DNA from: an uncultured virus (IMG/VR IMGVR_UViG_3300045836_000189)
Lineage: Duplodnaviria; Heunggongvirae; Uroviricota; Caudoviricetes
Length of the DNA stretch: 64,000 bases
Virus record (IMG/VR): IMGVR_UViG_3300045836_000189
Location: 62,001-126,000 of that record
Strand: one strand, 5' to 3'
The first letter of the stretch is position 1; every line of letters begins with the position of its first letter. Below the pieces are notes generated by a model. The model saw only the letters and a program-made list of their open reading frames with translations, was not told the DNA's origin and searched no databases. A program made the translations under genes and the position numbers. Below are positions 9,701-18,309 of the stretch, piece by piece.

Positions 9701-11861
9701 AAAACTGGATGAGTGGCGGATCTATCATAATGTTCAGCAGGGTGGAAAGATCAATGAAGTAGCCCTGTTCAACCCGTCCAATCATTTTCTGAAACCCAAG
9801 GATTCCTGGAAGACAGATAAGTGGCAGGAACTGAATAAACCGGAGAATAAAGTAGTAAAGGATGCCTATGATTATTTTCAGTCTTTAAACCGTAAGGCTG
9901 AGGACCTGGGAATGCTGGACAAGTTCTCTCCAGGATTTTTTCCTTCCATGGGAAAGACCAAGGTGGATCAACTGGTATTTGGAAACTACAGTGATCTATT
10001 TAATCTTAAGAGATCCTTTGCAGACCTTGAAGTGGATTCAGGAACCCAGTATTCTCCTGAGGTGGATCCCACAGATGGATCCGTAATCAACCGTATCCCG
10101 GTTTATTACACCAGGGATATGGGAGTAGAGAAAGAGGATGGTACCATGGATTACTCACAGAAGAGTAAGGACCTGTTCAAAGTATATGCTATCTGGGCTG
10201 CTCATATGGCCAACTATGAGGCCATGCAGAGTATTGAAGATGACGCTCTGATCCTCCTGGAGACAGAACGCCACAAACAGAGTCTTGTAAAAGACCGTTT
10301 TGGGAATGTCGTACTGGAGAACGGGCAACCCAAGGCAATCAACAACAATGACCATAATGCCAAGATCCTGGAGGATATAGTCCACTATTACCTCTATGAC
10401 AAGATTAATGGTAAGGGAAGTGATATGAAGCTGAAGGTAGCCGGTAAAGAATATTCTGCCCTGAAGTTATTTAACTGGACCAAGAATCTCTGGACGAATG
10501 TCAACCTGGGACTGAATCCTGTGTCTGGAACTTCACAGTTCGTAGGTGGTACGGGTAACGCATTCTTTATGGCTCAAAAAGGTAAGTTCTTTACCAAGAC
10601 AGAATGGGCACAGGGAATGAAACAGGCTGTATCGGATAAGAAAGCTCAGGCAGCTATAGATTGGCTTAACCCACACCTGGAGGGAAACAAACAGCATCTT
10701 ATAGATCACCTGTCTATGTCTAAAGCAGGTCAGGTATTGAGTAAGGATACAATGTTTATGATCCAGCGTAAAGCTGATGCCATGGTGCAGAATCCGGTGG
10801 CCATAGCCATGCTGAACAGGCATATGATCGTAGAGGGTAAGATTGTTGATATTAACCAGTTTGTTAAGGATAAGTATAATTACAATGATACGTATTATAA
10901 GCTATCCAAGGCAGAGCGTAAAACCCTGATGGACAAGATTGAAAAAGAAGTCACAGAACTGAAGGACACCAAAAGCCTCCTGAAGGTCGGTGTGCTGGAT
11001 AAGAATGGCAAGTTTTCTGTTCCTGGATTGGAAGATGAGGACAAGACCCTTAGTGAGTTCCGTAACAAAGTAAAGGGTGTTTATAAGAAAATGCTGGGTA
11101 ACGTAGGTCATGATGACATCAACCAGATCCGTACTACCATGCTTGGTATGGCCCTTATGCAGTTCCGCAACTGGATCCCGGATATGATGGAGGAGCGTTT
11201 TGCAGGATTGAAGTATGACCATAGCCTTGGAACCTTCACTTATGGTAAGACCAGGATGTTCTTCTCTGAAGTACTTTCCCACCACTTCCCCAATCTGGTT
11301 AAATCCATTGTTACCGGCTTTGGTGACGACATGATCAAAACAGCCCGTGAGACTTATGGGGATATGAGAAGGAAAGCACTGGAGAGAGGGGAGGAATTCA
11401 ATATCTCTGAAGGAGAGTTCATTGATCTTTACCAGGCTAATATACGTTCACAGATGGCAGAACTGCTCGTACTACTTGCCTTCACTGCCGGTGTGATGCT
11501 TGCTGGCGGATCTATTGGAGGTCCAGGTAATGATGATAAGCTCAAGGGAGCTAAGTTATACATGAGAAGGGCTCTTGGGAAATATTACAACGAGTTCTCT
11601 TTTTACTACAACCCAACTGAGTTTACTTCACTTGTTAAGAATCCGTTACCGATAATTGGGCTTGCAGAAGATTTTACCAGGTTTACTACCAACATGGGTA
11701 AGCAGCTTACTGGGGCAGCTACCGGTAATGAAAGTATGGAGAAGAAAGCCCATCCAAGCAAATACTTCTTCAGGATGTTTCCTGTATCCCGTCAGGCACT
11801 GCAGATTATGGCAGCCTATGATGATGACTTCAGGAAGACCTGGGATGTCAAACTGAACTAA
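6717..11861 (+). CDS. Large polyvalent virion (injected) protein: N-terminal ADP-ribosyltransferase-like domain, zincin-like motif, PD-(D/E)XK nuclease domain, helical C-terminal part
   Basis: FKDWFGDW...SKVVDKNGEPLVVYHAG...GKGIYFT...YPVFLNIKSP...DEYIVFKSNQIKS (ART-PolyVal-like). LPEEAAHFFVE (HExxH variant). AETKV...AGSIDFL...DMLDWKS...QLENY (RecB/Cas4-like nuclease). Directly follows the virion RNAP. Confidence 0.8.
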   Translation: MSCQVFRNDSGEISRVTAPNGEESELYKSINREIPDKEEALKIWAQVYTQSFKDWFGDWEKDLGNASKVVDKNGEPLVVYHAGANDIEVFKEGTNGLGKYGKGIYFTPNRMTADEYSEMFQVSKIYPVFLNIKSPLHTNEIFGKGGLELSQDQINERTRNHDGIIRKFLYPDGFDLNELTENEIGYNDEYIVFKSNQIKSVSNNGNYSKADNNIYHQQEPQSQLPSNEEINRQVESFLEKIGVSVHAVRDIRDKDGKKINAIAKADMLNKIVEVVQDRADITTLPEEAAHFFVEMLGENHPLLKEMMGKITGYSLYPEVVNQYKNNKSYRNEDGTINFTKVKKEAIGKLIAEHIIKQEYGEETEAKLTQAMNWWNKLLDFLRNLFSKAQVSDNPFAEVARKIRNQDTEDLDINSGLKQAGEFYQLDESLDKLNQDQEKIKLDNSVDPVSGQKRHIYTYDGEQARGSVTGVYVDPWLKKKFPSDRRSEKQKLIDLAKAEYGDIIHEEMQNIVRSWTDENGVLKDTQGPHAMLTDEDTYNKLNRYFRELVKNYPPGTIFKAETKVYDKKTKVAGSIDFLAIQPDGTVDMLDWKSQEIGKGQDDLKAYKSEMYRIQLENYRKILQLQYGFEKFGKIRAIPIRTEFVYDQKGISKLKQIEIGTVDPSQIPDGKDYLLPVTLKSEGTGDEEVDEMLKKLHAIYDKIAATRYGKDELYKKRDELGKLNKAIRDLQLRGKMNKLIELGLLQFNKYSEKINSHTLTGKDIMEAEKILQVFNDSGIFLYDMMQDLHEAAKENKEDAGAMQAYEDMKNKFLSMTARTGKLISDIAKYRDQEAQRLGQENGVDNLLKAEAPIGPLNGMFAALSKISRKSFETFSKILQYAQHKRDVRFTKAAHELDHHKAAMKEFAVKKGISEEQAWDMMLGEKDGKWNGNFLAKYKSDFYKLRDEAIKKNNLRWMLDNLVFDDVRYKEVEKDMEERFHAMQYELDAKKNEEAIQKKLDEWRIYHNVQQGGKINEVALFNPSNHFLKPKDSWKTDKWQELNKPENKVVKDAYDYFQSLNRKAEDLGMLDKFSPGFFPSMGKTKVDQLVFGNYSDLFNLKRSFADLEVDSGTQYSPEVDPTDGSVINRIPVYYTRDMGVEKEDGTMDYSQKSKDLFKVYAIWAAHMANYEAMQSIEDDALILLETERHKQSLVKDRFGNVVLENGQPKAINNNDHNAKILEDIVHYYLYDKINGKGSDMKLKVAGKEYSALKLFNWTKNLWTNVNLGLNPVSGTSQFVGGTGNAFFMAQKGKFFTKTEWAQGMKQAVSDKKAQAAIDWLNPHLEGNKQHLIDHLSMSKAGQVLSKDTMFMIQRKADAMVQNPVAIAMLNRHMIVEGKIVDINQFVKDKYNYNDTYYKLSKAERKTLMDKIEKEVTELKDTKSLLKVGVLDKNGKFSVPGLEDEDKTLSEFRNKVKGVYKKMLGNVGHDDINQIRTTMLGMALMQFRNWIPDMMEERFAGLKYDHSLGTFTYGKTRMFFSEVLSHHFPNLVKSIVTGFGDDMIKTARETYGDMRRKALERGEEFNISEGEFIDLYQANIRSQMAELLVLLAFTAGVMLAGGSIGGPGNDDKLKGAKLYMRRALGKYYNEFSFYYNPTEFTSLVKNPLPIIGLAEDFTRFTTNMGKQLTGAATGNESMEKKAHPSKYFFRMFPVSRQALQIMAAYDDDFRKTWDVKLN

Positions 11862-11862
11862 T

Positions 11863-11895
11863 AAAAAAGGGGGATTAATTTCCCCCTTCTTTGTT
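11863..11895. terminator. Bidirectional intrinsic terminator between convergent late (+) and early/middle (-) blocks
   Basis: AAAAAAGGGGGA-TTAATT-TCCCCCTTCTTT hairpin with A/T tracts on both sides. Confidence 0.8.
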
Positions 11896-12046
11896 TCCGG
11901 TAACCCATTGAATGCTGAACATAAACAGGAACAGTCCGATGCTGAACCGGTGGAGCTTTCCGGGATGCTCTTCTCTGTTTATGGATTGATAATACAGTCC
12001 CAGAAGGGTACTGTCAATTGGTAAAAATGAAAGGGTAAATATCATA
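11876..12046 (-). CDS. Small hypothetical protein (~56 aa, below the ORF-track cutoff; boundaries approximate)
   Basis: Manual translation MIFTLSFLPIDSTLLGLYYQSINREEHPGKLHRFSIGLFLFMFSIQWVTGNKEGGN; fills the gap after 12050. Confidence 0.45.
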
Positions 12047-12049
12047 CGG

Positions 12050-12508
12050 TTATTGATTTTCTATTGTAAATGCCACCTTGCCCAGGAAACAGTCCTGGTC
12101 CCATTCCTTGTATTTTTTAAAAGCGTTGATAAGACCCTGGATGTTGGTGGCCCCAACAGGGTTGTGTGAATGCACCTGGCAGTATCTTAGTTTCCAATCC
12201 AAAGCAGGATTGGCTTCAATGTAGTCACAGAGCCATTTAGCACAATCATACCCGGTTTTGGTTTTATAATGATCATAGTCCGGGGCCTGCCATCCCATCT
12301 TACTTACCTGGTTGGCATAGTCATGATAATGTTCTTCTCCAAGGTCATGATCAAAAGAGATCATGTCTGGAACACCATTGCCAAGTATATAGTTCTGGAA
12401 CTCTTCAAAGTTTCTTACAATAACCCAGGGCTCATATCCGGGAAGGATAGTGGTTGGGGTACGCTGGTCATCCAGGTATAAAGCTTTCTTTAGTTTAGTT
12501 TCAGCCAT
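12050..12508 (-). CDS. Cyclic-phosphate-processing receiver-like domain protein
   Basis: LYLDDQRTP...ISFDHDLG...KTGYDCAKWL...VHSHNPVG motif set. Confidence 0.8.
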   Translation of the reverse strand: MAETKLKKALYLDDQRTPTTILPGYEPWVIVRNFEEFQNYILGNGVPDMISFDHDLGEEHYHDYANQVSKMGWQAPDYDHYKTKTGYDCAKWLCDYIEANPALDWKLRYCQVHSHNPVGATNIQGLINAFKKYKEWDQDCFLGKVAFTIENQ

Positions 12509-12888
12509 CTCATTATTGTTCTGAGTTCATTAATACTTGTACAATTACCATCATAAAGCTGGTAATCGGTAGTATAATTGATTTTGATACGCCTGCTATC
12601 ATCAAATGTGGTGAGTATCAACTCTCCTTTTTCATAGGAGGTATTTCCATGTTCATACCAGGCTCTTTTCCAACCTTCAGCCTCTACCTGTTCCTGGGTT
12701 AAATAAGGAACACGGATCCATCCGCTCTGAAAACCCTTCTCATATACGGCACGGATGAATCGGGCTTCCTCACTCCACAGACCAAAGGTTTCCTTCTTCC
12801 AGTCATCCCCTGTTCCTGGAGCATACTGCTCATACTCAAATCCAGGGTAGAAGTCTTTCAGTTCGGGTACGTAGTATTTATTCTCCAT
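12490..12888 (-). CDS. Hypothetical phage protein
   Basis: ORF in a tightly packed operon; N-terminus KYYVPELKDFYPGFEYE. Confidence 0.65.
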   Translation of the reverse strand: MENKYYVPELKDFYPGFEYEQYAPGTGDDWKKETFGLWSEEARFIRAVYEKGFQSGWIRVPYLTQEQVEAEGWKRAWYEHGNTSYEKGELILTTFDDSRRIKINYTTDYQLYDGNCTSINELRTIMRWLKLN

Positions 12889-13099
12889 CTGTTATCTCCT
12901 TTTCACGAGGTACAATCATGCGGGCTTCCTGAACAGGTCCTCCATTAAGGGAGGCATAAATAGAAACCCATGAAGTTGGATCTCCCTGTTCATTCACGAT
13001 ATAGGCAAGGGCACCACAGCAGGGTGTGGATCCTACCCAGTTCTTGTACTGTGCTCTGCACACAGGACACTCAATCCAGAAATCCTTTTCCATAGTCAT
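12878..13099 (-). CDS. Small Cys-rich (zinc-ribbon-like) protein
   Basis: CPVC...PCCG; likely start MTMEKDF at 13099. Confidence 0.55.
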   Translation of the reverse strand: MTMEKDFWIECPVCRAQYKNWVGSTPCCGALAYIVNEQGDPTSWVSIYASLNGGPVQEARMIVPREKEITDGE

Positions 13100-13302
13100 A
13101 ATTAAAAAAATGAACACTTGAACCTCCATAGGGCAAAATGCTTTCCTATAAGAGACCATTTGAGCTTTACTGCCGTAAGAACAGTCACCTGAAAGTGACA
13201 GGCTGTTTGGGTTACGTACAGTGAGCCTGGAGGTCCGTCATTCCCGATGTGTTCGTGGCCGGGACATAGTCTTCCTCTTATACCCACACTTGGACAATAT
13301 TT

Positions 13303-13662
13303 TTATGTAGCAGTGGTATACTGCTGTAAGTGCTTTTCTAAAGCCTCAATTCTTTTTTGCTGGGCAAGTAAGTGATGGATCAGGTTGCCTATATCATTTT
13401 TGGCATCCTTTAGTTCTGTCTCCAGCTTTGCAATGAATCGTGGTTGTTCTGCCTTCATCACGGTAGTACTACCAGTGATATGGTGCCCATCAATTACAAT
13501 TGATGAATTGACAATATGGTCACCGGGAGAAGCCGCTATTACACCTAATGGATCACTTACAGGATCAAAAGGAGCCACAGTGACCCTGATCTCCATAGTC
13601 CTTTTCAGGTAAGCAATGAGCTCTTCACTCAGGAAGAACTCAGGAATGTGTTTTTCACTCAT
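13303..13662 (-). CDS. Hypothetical protein with C-terminal coiled coil
   Basis: ORF track; 4-bp overlap with the upstream gene. Confidence 0.6.
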   Translation of the reverse strand: MSEKHIPEFFLSEELIAYLKRTMEIRVTVAPFDPVSDPLGVIAASPGDHIVNSSIVIDGHHITGSTTVMKAEQPRFIAKLETELKDAKNDIGNLIHHLLAQQKRIEALEKHLQQYTTAT

Positions 13663-13883
13663 GCTGCAACGGCCTCTTTTCTTGTTAGTCTGACGGCTAT
13701 CTCTTTTCCCAACTTGGGAGAGTGGATCCGTTCTTTGCTTTTACATCTTCTGGCTATGGTCTGCTGGGGAATGCCCAGTCCGAAGCCAGCTCTTTTGTAA
13801 TTATCATAGGTGGCTATGACCTGTTTACTATCCACGTCATAGACCTTCACACACAGGTTTTCTTCTTTAAAGTCAGTAGTCAT
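13659..13883 (-). CDS. Small NUMOD1/HTH-like DNA-binding protein
   Basis: VKVYD...IATYDNYKRAGFGLGIPQQTIARRC resembles NUMOD1-type HTH. Confidence 0.5.
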   Translation of the reverse strand: MTTDFKEENLCVKVYDVDSKQVIATYDNYKRAGFGLGIPQQTIARRCKSKERIHSPKLGKEIAVRLTRKEAVAA

Positions 13884-13946
13884 TAATTAGAGAAGTAAGC
13901 TCTACAAATGTAGAGAGTTAAGGGTTATTCTACAATATCTTGTTAA

Positions 13947-13982
13947 TAAAAAAGGGGCACCTGTTTATAACAAGTACCCCTT
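13947..13982 (-). terminator. Intrinsic terminator
   Basis: Imperfect GC-ended hairpin followed by T7 on the - strand. Confidence 0.55.
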
Positions 13983-14001
13983 CAGTTGGTATGGTGTAGG
14001 A

Positions 14002-14253
14002 TCAGGACCAGGTCTCATCAAAGAGCTTTTCCAGGTCTGCTTTTATTTGCTTCAGTTCTCCGTTGGCTTCCAGGTTTTTGTTGATGCCTTTGAATACGGC
14101 TCTGGAAACGGAGCGGAACTTGACAAGTTTATCCTCCAGTTGTTTATAGGGTTCTTTGGCTACCTTCAGCTCATGAATAGCTACTTCAAGATTTTCCATC
14201 AGTAGTTCTGCATGGGCGTAGGCATGGGTTAATGCTTTCTCTCCCGGCGTCAT
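14002..14253 (-). CDS. Hypothetical helical protein
   Basis: ORF track, operon packing. Confidence 0.6.
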   Translation of the reverse strand: MTPGEKALTHAYAHAELLMENLEVAIHELKVAKEPYKQLEDKLVKFRSVSRAVFKGINKNLEANGELKQIKADLEKLFDETWS

Positions 14254-14651
14254 AAGGTATCATTTGGTAGTATGGTGCCATTATTAAGCCCCTGACCCAT
14301 CTTTTGCTCTATATATTGATGAAGAAACTCTCCCTGTTTTTGCATATCCATAGCTTTTCGACTCCAGTCCTGCAATGCCTTCTTTCCGGCATCTCTCAGG
14401 TTGCCTTTGTTAATAGCCAGCTCTTGTGCTAATACTAATTGTTGTCTTAAATTACTTACTGATTTGGCATTCAAAGCATCAACCAGGCTATGGTTATTCA
14501 CTGTATTAGGATGAATGTTATCTACAACCTGCCACTGACCTTTAACTTCCTGTGGCAGCTTATCATCAATGGCTTTCTTTAAAGCTCTTAATTCCTCTTC
14601 AGTGGCTTTAGTGTCAATCCACTGAAGAATTAGTCCTGTGGTTTTGTTCAT
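14250..14651 (-). CDS. Hypothetical protein (AT-rich)
   Basis: ORF track, operon packing. Confidence 0.6.
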   Translation of the reverse strand: MNKTTGLILQWIDTKATEEELRALKKAIDDKLPQEVKGQWQVVDNIHPNTVNNHSLVDALNAKSVSNLRQQLVLAQELAINKGNLRDAGKKALQDWSRKAMDMQKQGEFLHQYIEQKMGQGLNNGTILPNDTL

Positions 14652-14668
14652 AGAATACTGGATCTTGG

Positions 14669-15247
14669 TTACTTGGGCTGTTCTTCCTGATGCATCTGCT
14701 TGTACTTCTTGAAAATATCAGCAAAGCGTCCTGTCAGAACACCTCCTTCAGGGACATCAAACTTTGGATTATCCTCCAAACGGATGTTGTCAATAAGCTT
14801 TCCTTCTGAATTCACTCTGCTCCCCTCACGGTACATCATCTTTACCTGGAGATCACTTTTTTCCTCACTTTCAAAGTAAGTGATCATGGCCTCCTGCTTG
14901 GGAAGATCTTTCCAGTTCTCTGGAAGCTCTGTGACACCTTCTGGTGTTTTCCTCAGCCAGGCTTCCGAGCTCCAGGAAAAGCAGACAGGGATCATATTAT
15001 TGTGAGCAGCAGCATCCAGGATACGGGGTGCAACACTTGAAAAAGCATTCTTTCCTGCCTCTGAGTTCATGATGTCAGGAGGCACCATGACATAGAAGAT
15101 GGCAAATTTTTCAGTCCCCTTGTTATAGACCAGCACGGTAATAACAGGGTCAATATAACCCTGTTCTACCATGATCTTGGACATGTACTCGGTGTGACTG
15201 GCTTTAAACTGTTGGATCTGCTGATCAGCACTTTCTTTTGTAAACAT
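14669..15247 (-). CDS. Hypothetical protein
   Basis: 192-aa ORF with WSSEAW motif. Confidence 0.65.
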   Translation of the reverse strand: MFTKESADQQIQQFKASHTEYMSKIMVEQGYIDPVITVLVYNKGTEKFAIFYVMVPPDIMNSEAGKNAFSSVAPRILDAAAHNNMIPVCFSWSSEAWLRKTPEGVTELPENWKDLPKQEAMITYFESEEKSDLQVKMMYREGSRVNSEGKLIDNIRLEDNPKFDVPEGGVLTGRFADIFKKYKQMHQEEQPK

Positions 15248-15262
15248 GACTTTGAGTTTTTA

Positions 15263-15721
15263 TTAACTTGTAGTGGTGCTGGTCTGCGTCGTGGAGGCAG
15301 AAGTAGCAGCCGGTGCAATCACCAGGCTGTCGTCAGGAGCTGGAAGCACCTCCAAGGTCCTGCTTTTGGAATTATACAACACGTAGGTTATAGGTTTGTT
15401 TTGAGCTTTTGCCCAGCTGATCTCCTGCTGTACACCAGAGGAGTTCTTGATCTTGTCATAGCCCCATGCTGCAGTGCCATCTCCTGCAAGGACCAGCACA
15501 TAGAGTTCATCAGCCCAGTTTACGAACTGCTCATCCAGTGCCATCCATGTATCCTGGCTGTGTCCCATCACGCCTGCCTTGCTGATAGGGTAACCATGGG
15601 AAATAGGTGAGAACACAAAGAGGCCCTGGCCGATCAAAAATGAAGCTGCCTCATTTACCCAGGCATAACTCATAGGCTCAATGCCACTGAAGGGCACGGC
15701 TAAATAGACTTTTTTACTCAT
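15263..15721 (-). CDS. DUF1937 / nucleoside 2-deoxyribosyltransferase-like protein
   Basis: KVYLAVPFS...VFSPISHG...WMALD...WADELYVL...SSGVQQEISWAK. Confidence 0.75.
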   Translation of the reverse strand: MSKKVYLAVPFSGIEPMSYAWVNEAASFLIGQGLFVFSPISHGYPISKAGVMGHSQDTWMALDEQFVNWADELYVLVLAGDGTAAWGYDKIKNSSGVQQEISWAKAQNKPITYVLYNSKSRTLEVLPAPDDSLVIAPAATSASTTQTSTTTS

Positions 15722-16236
15722 AGTGGTACGGATACTTGTTTGTTTATCAATAAGGGTTCTAATAGTTCAATACGGGTCCTCAGGTCATAAAGGGTCCCTG
15801 AGTTTGGAATAATAAAATCAGACATCTCCCAGATGTCAATGTTGAAAGAAGTAGCTGGCTCCAGCGGCTTACGCGGATCAAAGACTCCGATCACCAGGTC
15901 AAATACTCCCTGCCTCCTGCACTCCTGGATCTCTTCATCATCCCTCATGCCTACGTACATGTCCCCGTTACGCATGATTTCTTTGGCAAGCCTTGCCCGG
16001 TCTACGCTGTTATACTCGCAGATCAGATCATACCATTCATCCCGGTGGTTTACCCGGTCTTCATAGCACTGTTCCGGGGTGAGGTACCCGTACTTCTTCT
16101 TCAGAACATCAAACAGAAAGATCCTGGAAGCTGCTACAGAGGAACTCTCGTACCGGAATCCATAGAGCTCTTTCATTATTTCAGCAGTGGTGTCTTTACC
16201 ATGCTGGGCATGGCCGATTAGCAGTATTTGTTTCAT
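15718..16236 (-). CDS. Deoxynucleoside monophosphate kinase-like P-loop protein
   Basis: N-terminal IGHAQHGKDT P-loop; GMR..EE; DFIIPNSGTL. Confidence 0.75.
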   Translation of the reverse strand: MKQILLIGHAQHGKDTTAEIMKELYGFRYESSSVAASRIFLFDVLKKKYGYLTPEQCYEDRVNHRDEWYDLICEYNSVDRARLAKEIMRNGDMYVGMRDDEEIQECRRQGVFDLVIGVFDPRKPLEPATSFNIDIWEMSDFIIPNSGTLYDLRTRIELLEPLLINKQVSVPL

Positions 16237-16246
16237 AAGGATTAGC

Positions 16247-16534
16247 TTATAGTTCTACAGTGGTGACCGGCTCATTATTCCAAAGCTGAGTGGAATGATC
16301 CTGGTACACTTCTACTGTAGCATGGTAATTGTTTTCTTTAAGACTCATTCTCTCCTCAGACTCATCCAGGAGCTCATAGTCAAGGCCATTTTCCCATGAG
16401 TCCGGGAATTCTTTCTCAATAGCATCTTCAATAGTGTCTCCGTTTTTAAGATGCCCGGTGATCTTTTGAATATCTGCACCATCAGGGATATGATACCTGC
16501 CCCAGATAGTACACTTTACGTCAATGTGTGCCAT
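16247..16534 (-). CDS. Hypothetical protein
   Basis: ORF track. Confidence 0.6.
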   Translation of the reverse strand: MAHIDVKCTIWGRYHIPDGADIQKITGHLKNGDTIEDAIEKEFPDSWENGLDYELLDESEERMSLKENNYHATVEVYQDHSTQLWNNEPVTTVEL

Positions 16535-16560
16535 TACAAGTTGTTCAAATCTTCATTCTG

Positions 16561-16827
16561 CTACTGTGCCAGTAAACGATCAATCTCAGCTGCTATAAGG
16601 GCACCTGCTATAGCCAGCCGTTCCACCTTGCTTTCCTTAGCAGAGATCTTCTCATAAAACCACTGCTCCCAGGTAGGCGGATAGTAATACTCGTCTCCTG
16701 TGAGTACGAATATGGCTCCCATACGGAGTTGTTCATACTTGTTATGTTTCAGATCTTCTTCAATGGAGAACTTGTGTTTCTCCAGCTGCTCCGCCCTTTG
16801 TTTAGCTATGAATTCTATTCCTGTCAT
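16561..16827 (-). CDS. Conserved small phage protein
   Basis: MTGIEFIAKQRAEQ...LAIAGALIAAEIDRL; start adjusted to 16827. Confidence 0.65.
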   Translation of the reverse strand: MTGIEFIAKQRAEQLEKHKFSIEEDLKHNKYEQLRMGAIFVLTGDEYYYPPTWEQWFYEKISAKESKVERLAIAGALIAAEIDRLLAQ

Positions 16828-16828
16828 A

Positions 16829-17374
16829 TTATTCCTCCAGTATTTTACGTTCTGCTGCTGTATCCCGGTTGATGGCCTTATCTGCATCAAACTTCTCCGG
16901 GTAACGAAGCCTGAGCTTGTTCACTACTTTCTGACGGGCCTCCCTCATATCAACACCCAGTTTGGTGGCTGTAGCTTCTATAGAGTAAAGGACTTTGTTA
17001 AGTGTCTCGGCACGCTGTTCAGCAGTGATGTTTTTCTTCCCGTAAGCCAGTTCCTTCTTGTCATAATCCAGGAGCCTGCCTATATGGATATTCAGATCAT
17101 CCAGGTAAGCTGTTAGCTGCTTGCGTTCATGGTAGGGAATCCGGTAGATGTGCTGTAACTCTATACCATAGATTGTAGCATAGTTACAGGCATACCACTG
17201 GGCATCTGCCAGCTCCTCGGAGATATTGACAAAGTCTTTTTTCTCCATGGCAATAGTCAGTTCCTCCATGATCTCGGTGGCCATACCGGTGGTCATGTGC
17301 AGGGAATTCAGTAATAAACTACCCAGGTCAGGCAGGGTACGTTGTACTTCTTGTTGGTATTCTTTAATGTTCAT
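16829..17374 (-). CDS. MazG-like NTP pyrophosphohydrolase (duplicated helical fold)
   Basis: EYQQEVQRT...GMATEIMEE...EELADAQWY...NKLRLRYPEKF. Confidence 0.75.
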   Translation of the reverse strand: MNIKEYQQEVQRTLPDLGSLLLNSLHMTTGMATEIMEELTIAMEKKDFVNISEELADAQWYACNYATIYGIELQHIYRIPYHERKQLTAYLDDLNIHIGRLLDYDKKELAYGKKNITAEQRAETLNKVLYSIEATATKLGVDMREARQKVVNKLRLRYPEKFDADKAINRDTAAERKILEE

Positions 17375-17424
17375 CAGGTTAGCTTAAAAGGAGTAGTGGT
17401 CGTTACACCACTACTCCTGGTTTC

Positions 17425-18294
17425 TTATAAAAACAACACACCTGCAGTGGGAACGTATTCCACCTCTGCCTGGGGTTGTATGACTTCCACTTCCTCTCCT
17501 AAAGGTTCCACTACGGGTTCCTCGATAACCGGTTCAGGTTCTGGTGTATTGAATACCAGCTGTCCCTTACGGTTCACAGACAGAGAGAACTCCGCGTTGA
17601 TGAACCGGTGCAGCTTCGAGTGATCATCCAGCCAGGTGGTTGGATGAGATTCTTTCAGGGCTGCGGTGACATGGTTGTACAGGCACCATACGCTGTCCGG
17701 ATGGGCATTGTAGTTATAGGATGGTTTGTCCATCTCTCTTTTCACTACGGCCAGCTGTGAGAGGGTAAGGATCTCCAGGTCTGCAAAGAGCTTTCCTATG
17801 ATGCCTGCCTGCGTGCTCCTGGAGATGGTGATCTGTTTCATCTTCTCCTTCTGCTCCACCAGCTCATCATAGAAGGCTGCTGCCTGGCTGATCTGTTCTT
17901 CAATAAACTGGAAAGCATCATCCTGTGCGGTACCGGTGTGTTTTCTCACAGCAGTACCCAGGTTACCTTCCATCATTCCGTTGCCACAGACAAAGACAAA
18001 TGAGCCAATGGCACACTTGAACTTCTGTGTTTTGTCATATGAGTTGCTCCAGGCAAACATGAGCCCCAGGTCCGGATCAGACTTATAATCCAGGTGATAG
18101 ATTCCCTGGGCAATCTGTCCGGTAATGGTGGCTCTATACATGGATTTATTGATGGTAAATCCTGCCTTCTGCAACTCGGTTGTTACTTTGTTGATAATGT
18201 CTCCATGAGATACAACAGAGTACGTACTGGTCTGTTGAGGGACCGGTACGCTTCTGATCATTTCCTCTGAGGAGAGCTCAATCTTTACGGGCAT
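17425..18294 (-). CDS. DUF932-family protein
   Basis: YSVVSHGDII...WSNSYDKT...FVCGNGM...RKHTG. Confidence 0.75.
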   Translation of the reverse strand: MPVKIELSSEEMIRSVPVPQQTSTYSVVSHGDIINKVTTELQKAGFTINKSMYRATITGQIAQGIYHLDYKSDPDLGLMFAWSNSYDKTQKFKCAIGSFVFVCGNGMMEGNLGTAVRKHTGTAQDDAFQFIEEQISQAAAFYDELVEQKEKMKQITISRSTQAGIIGKLFADLEILTLSQLAVVKREMDKPSYNYNAHPDSVWCLYNHVTAALKESHPTTWLDDHSKLHRFINAEFSLSVNRKGQLVFNTPEPEPVIEEPVVEPLGEEVEVIQPQAEVEYVPTAGVLFL

Positions 18295-18309
18295 AGTTTT
18301 ATTTGATTG

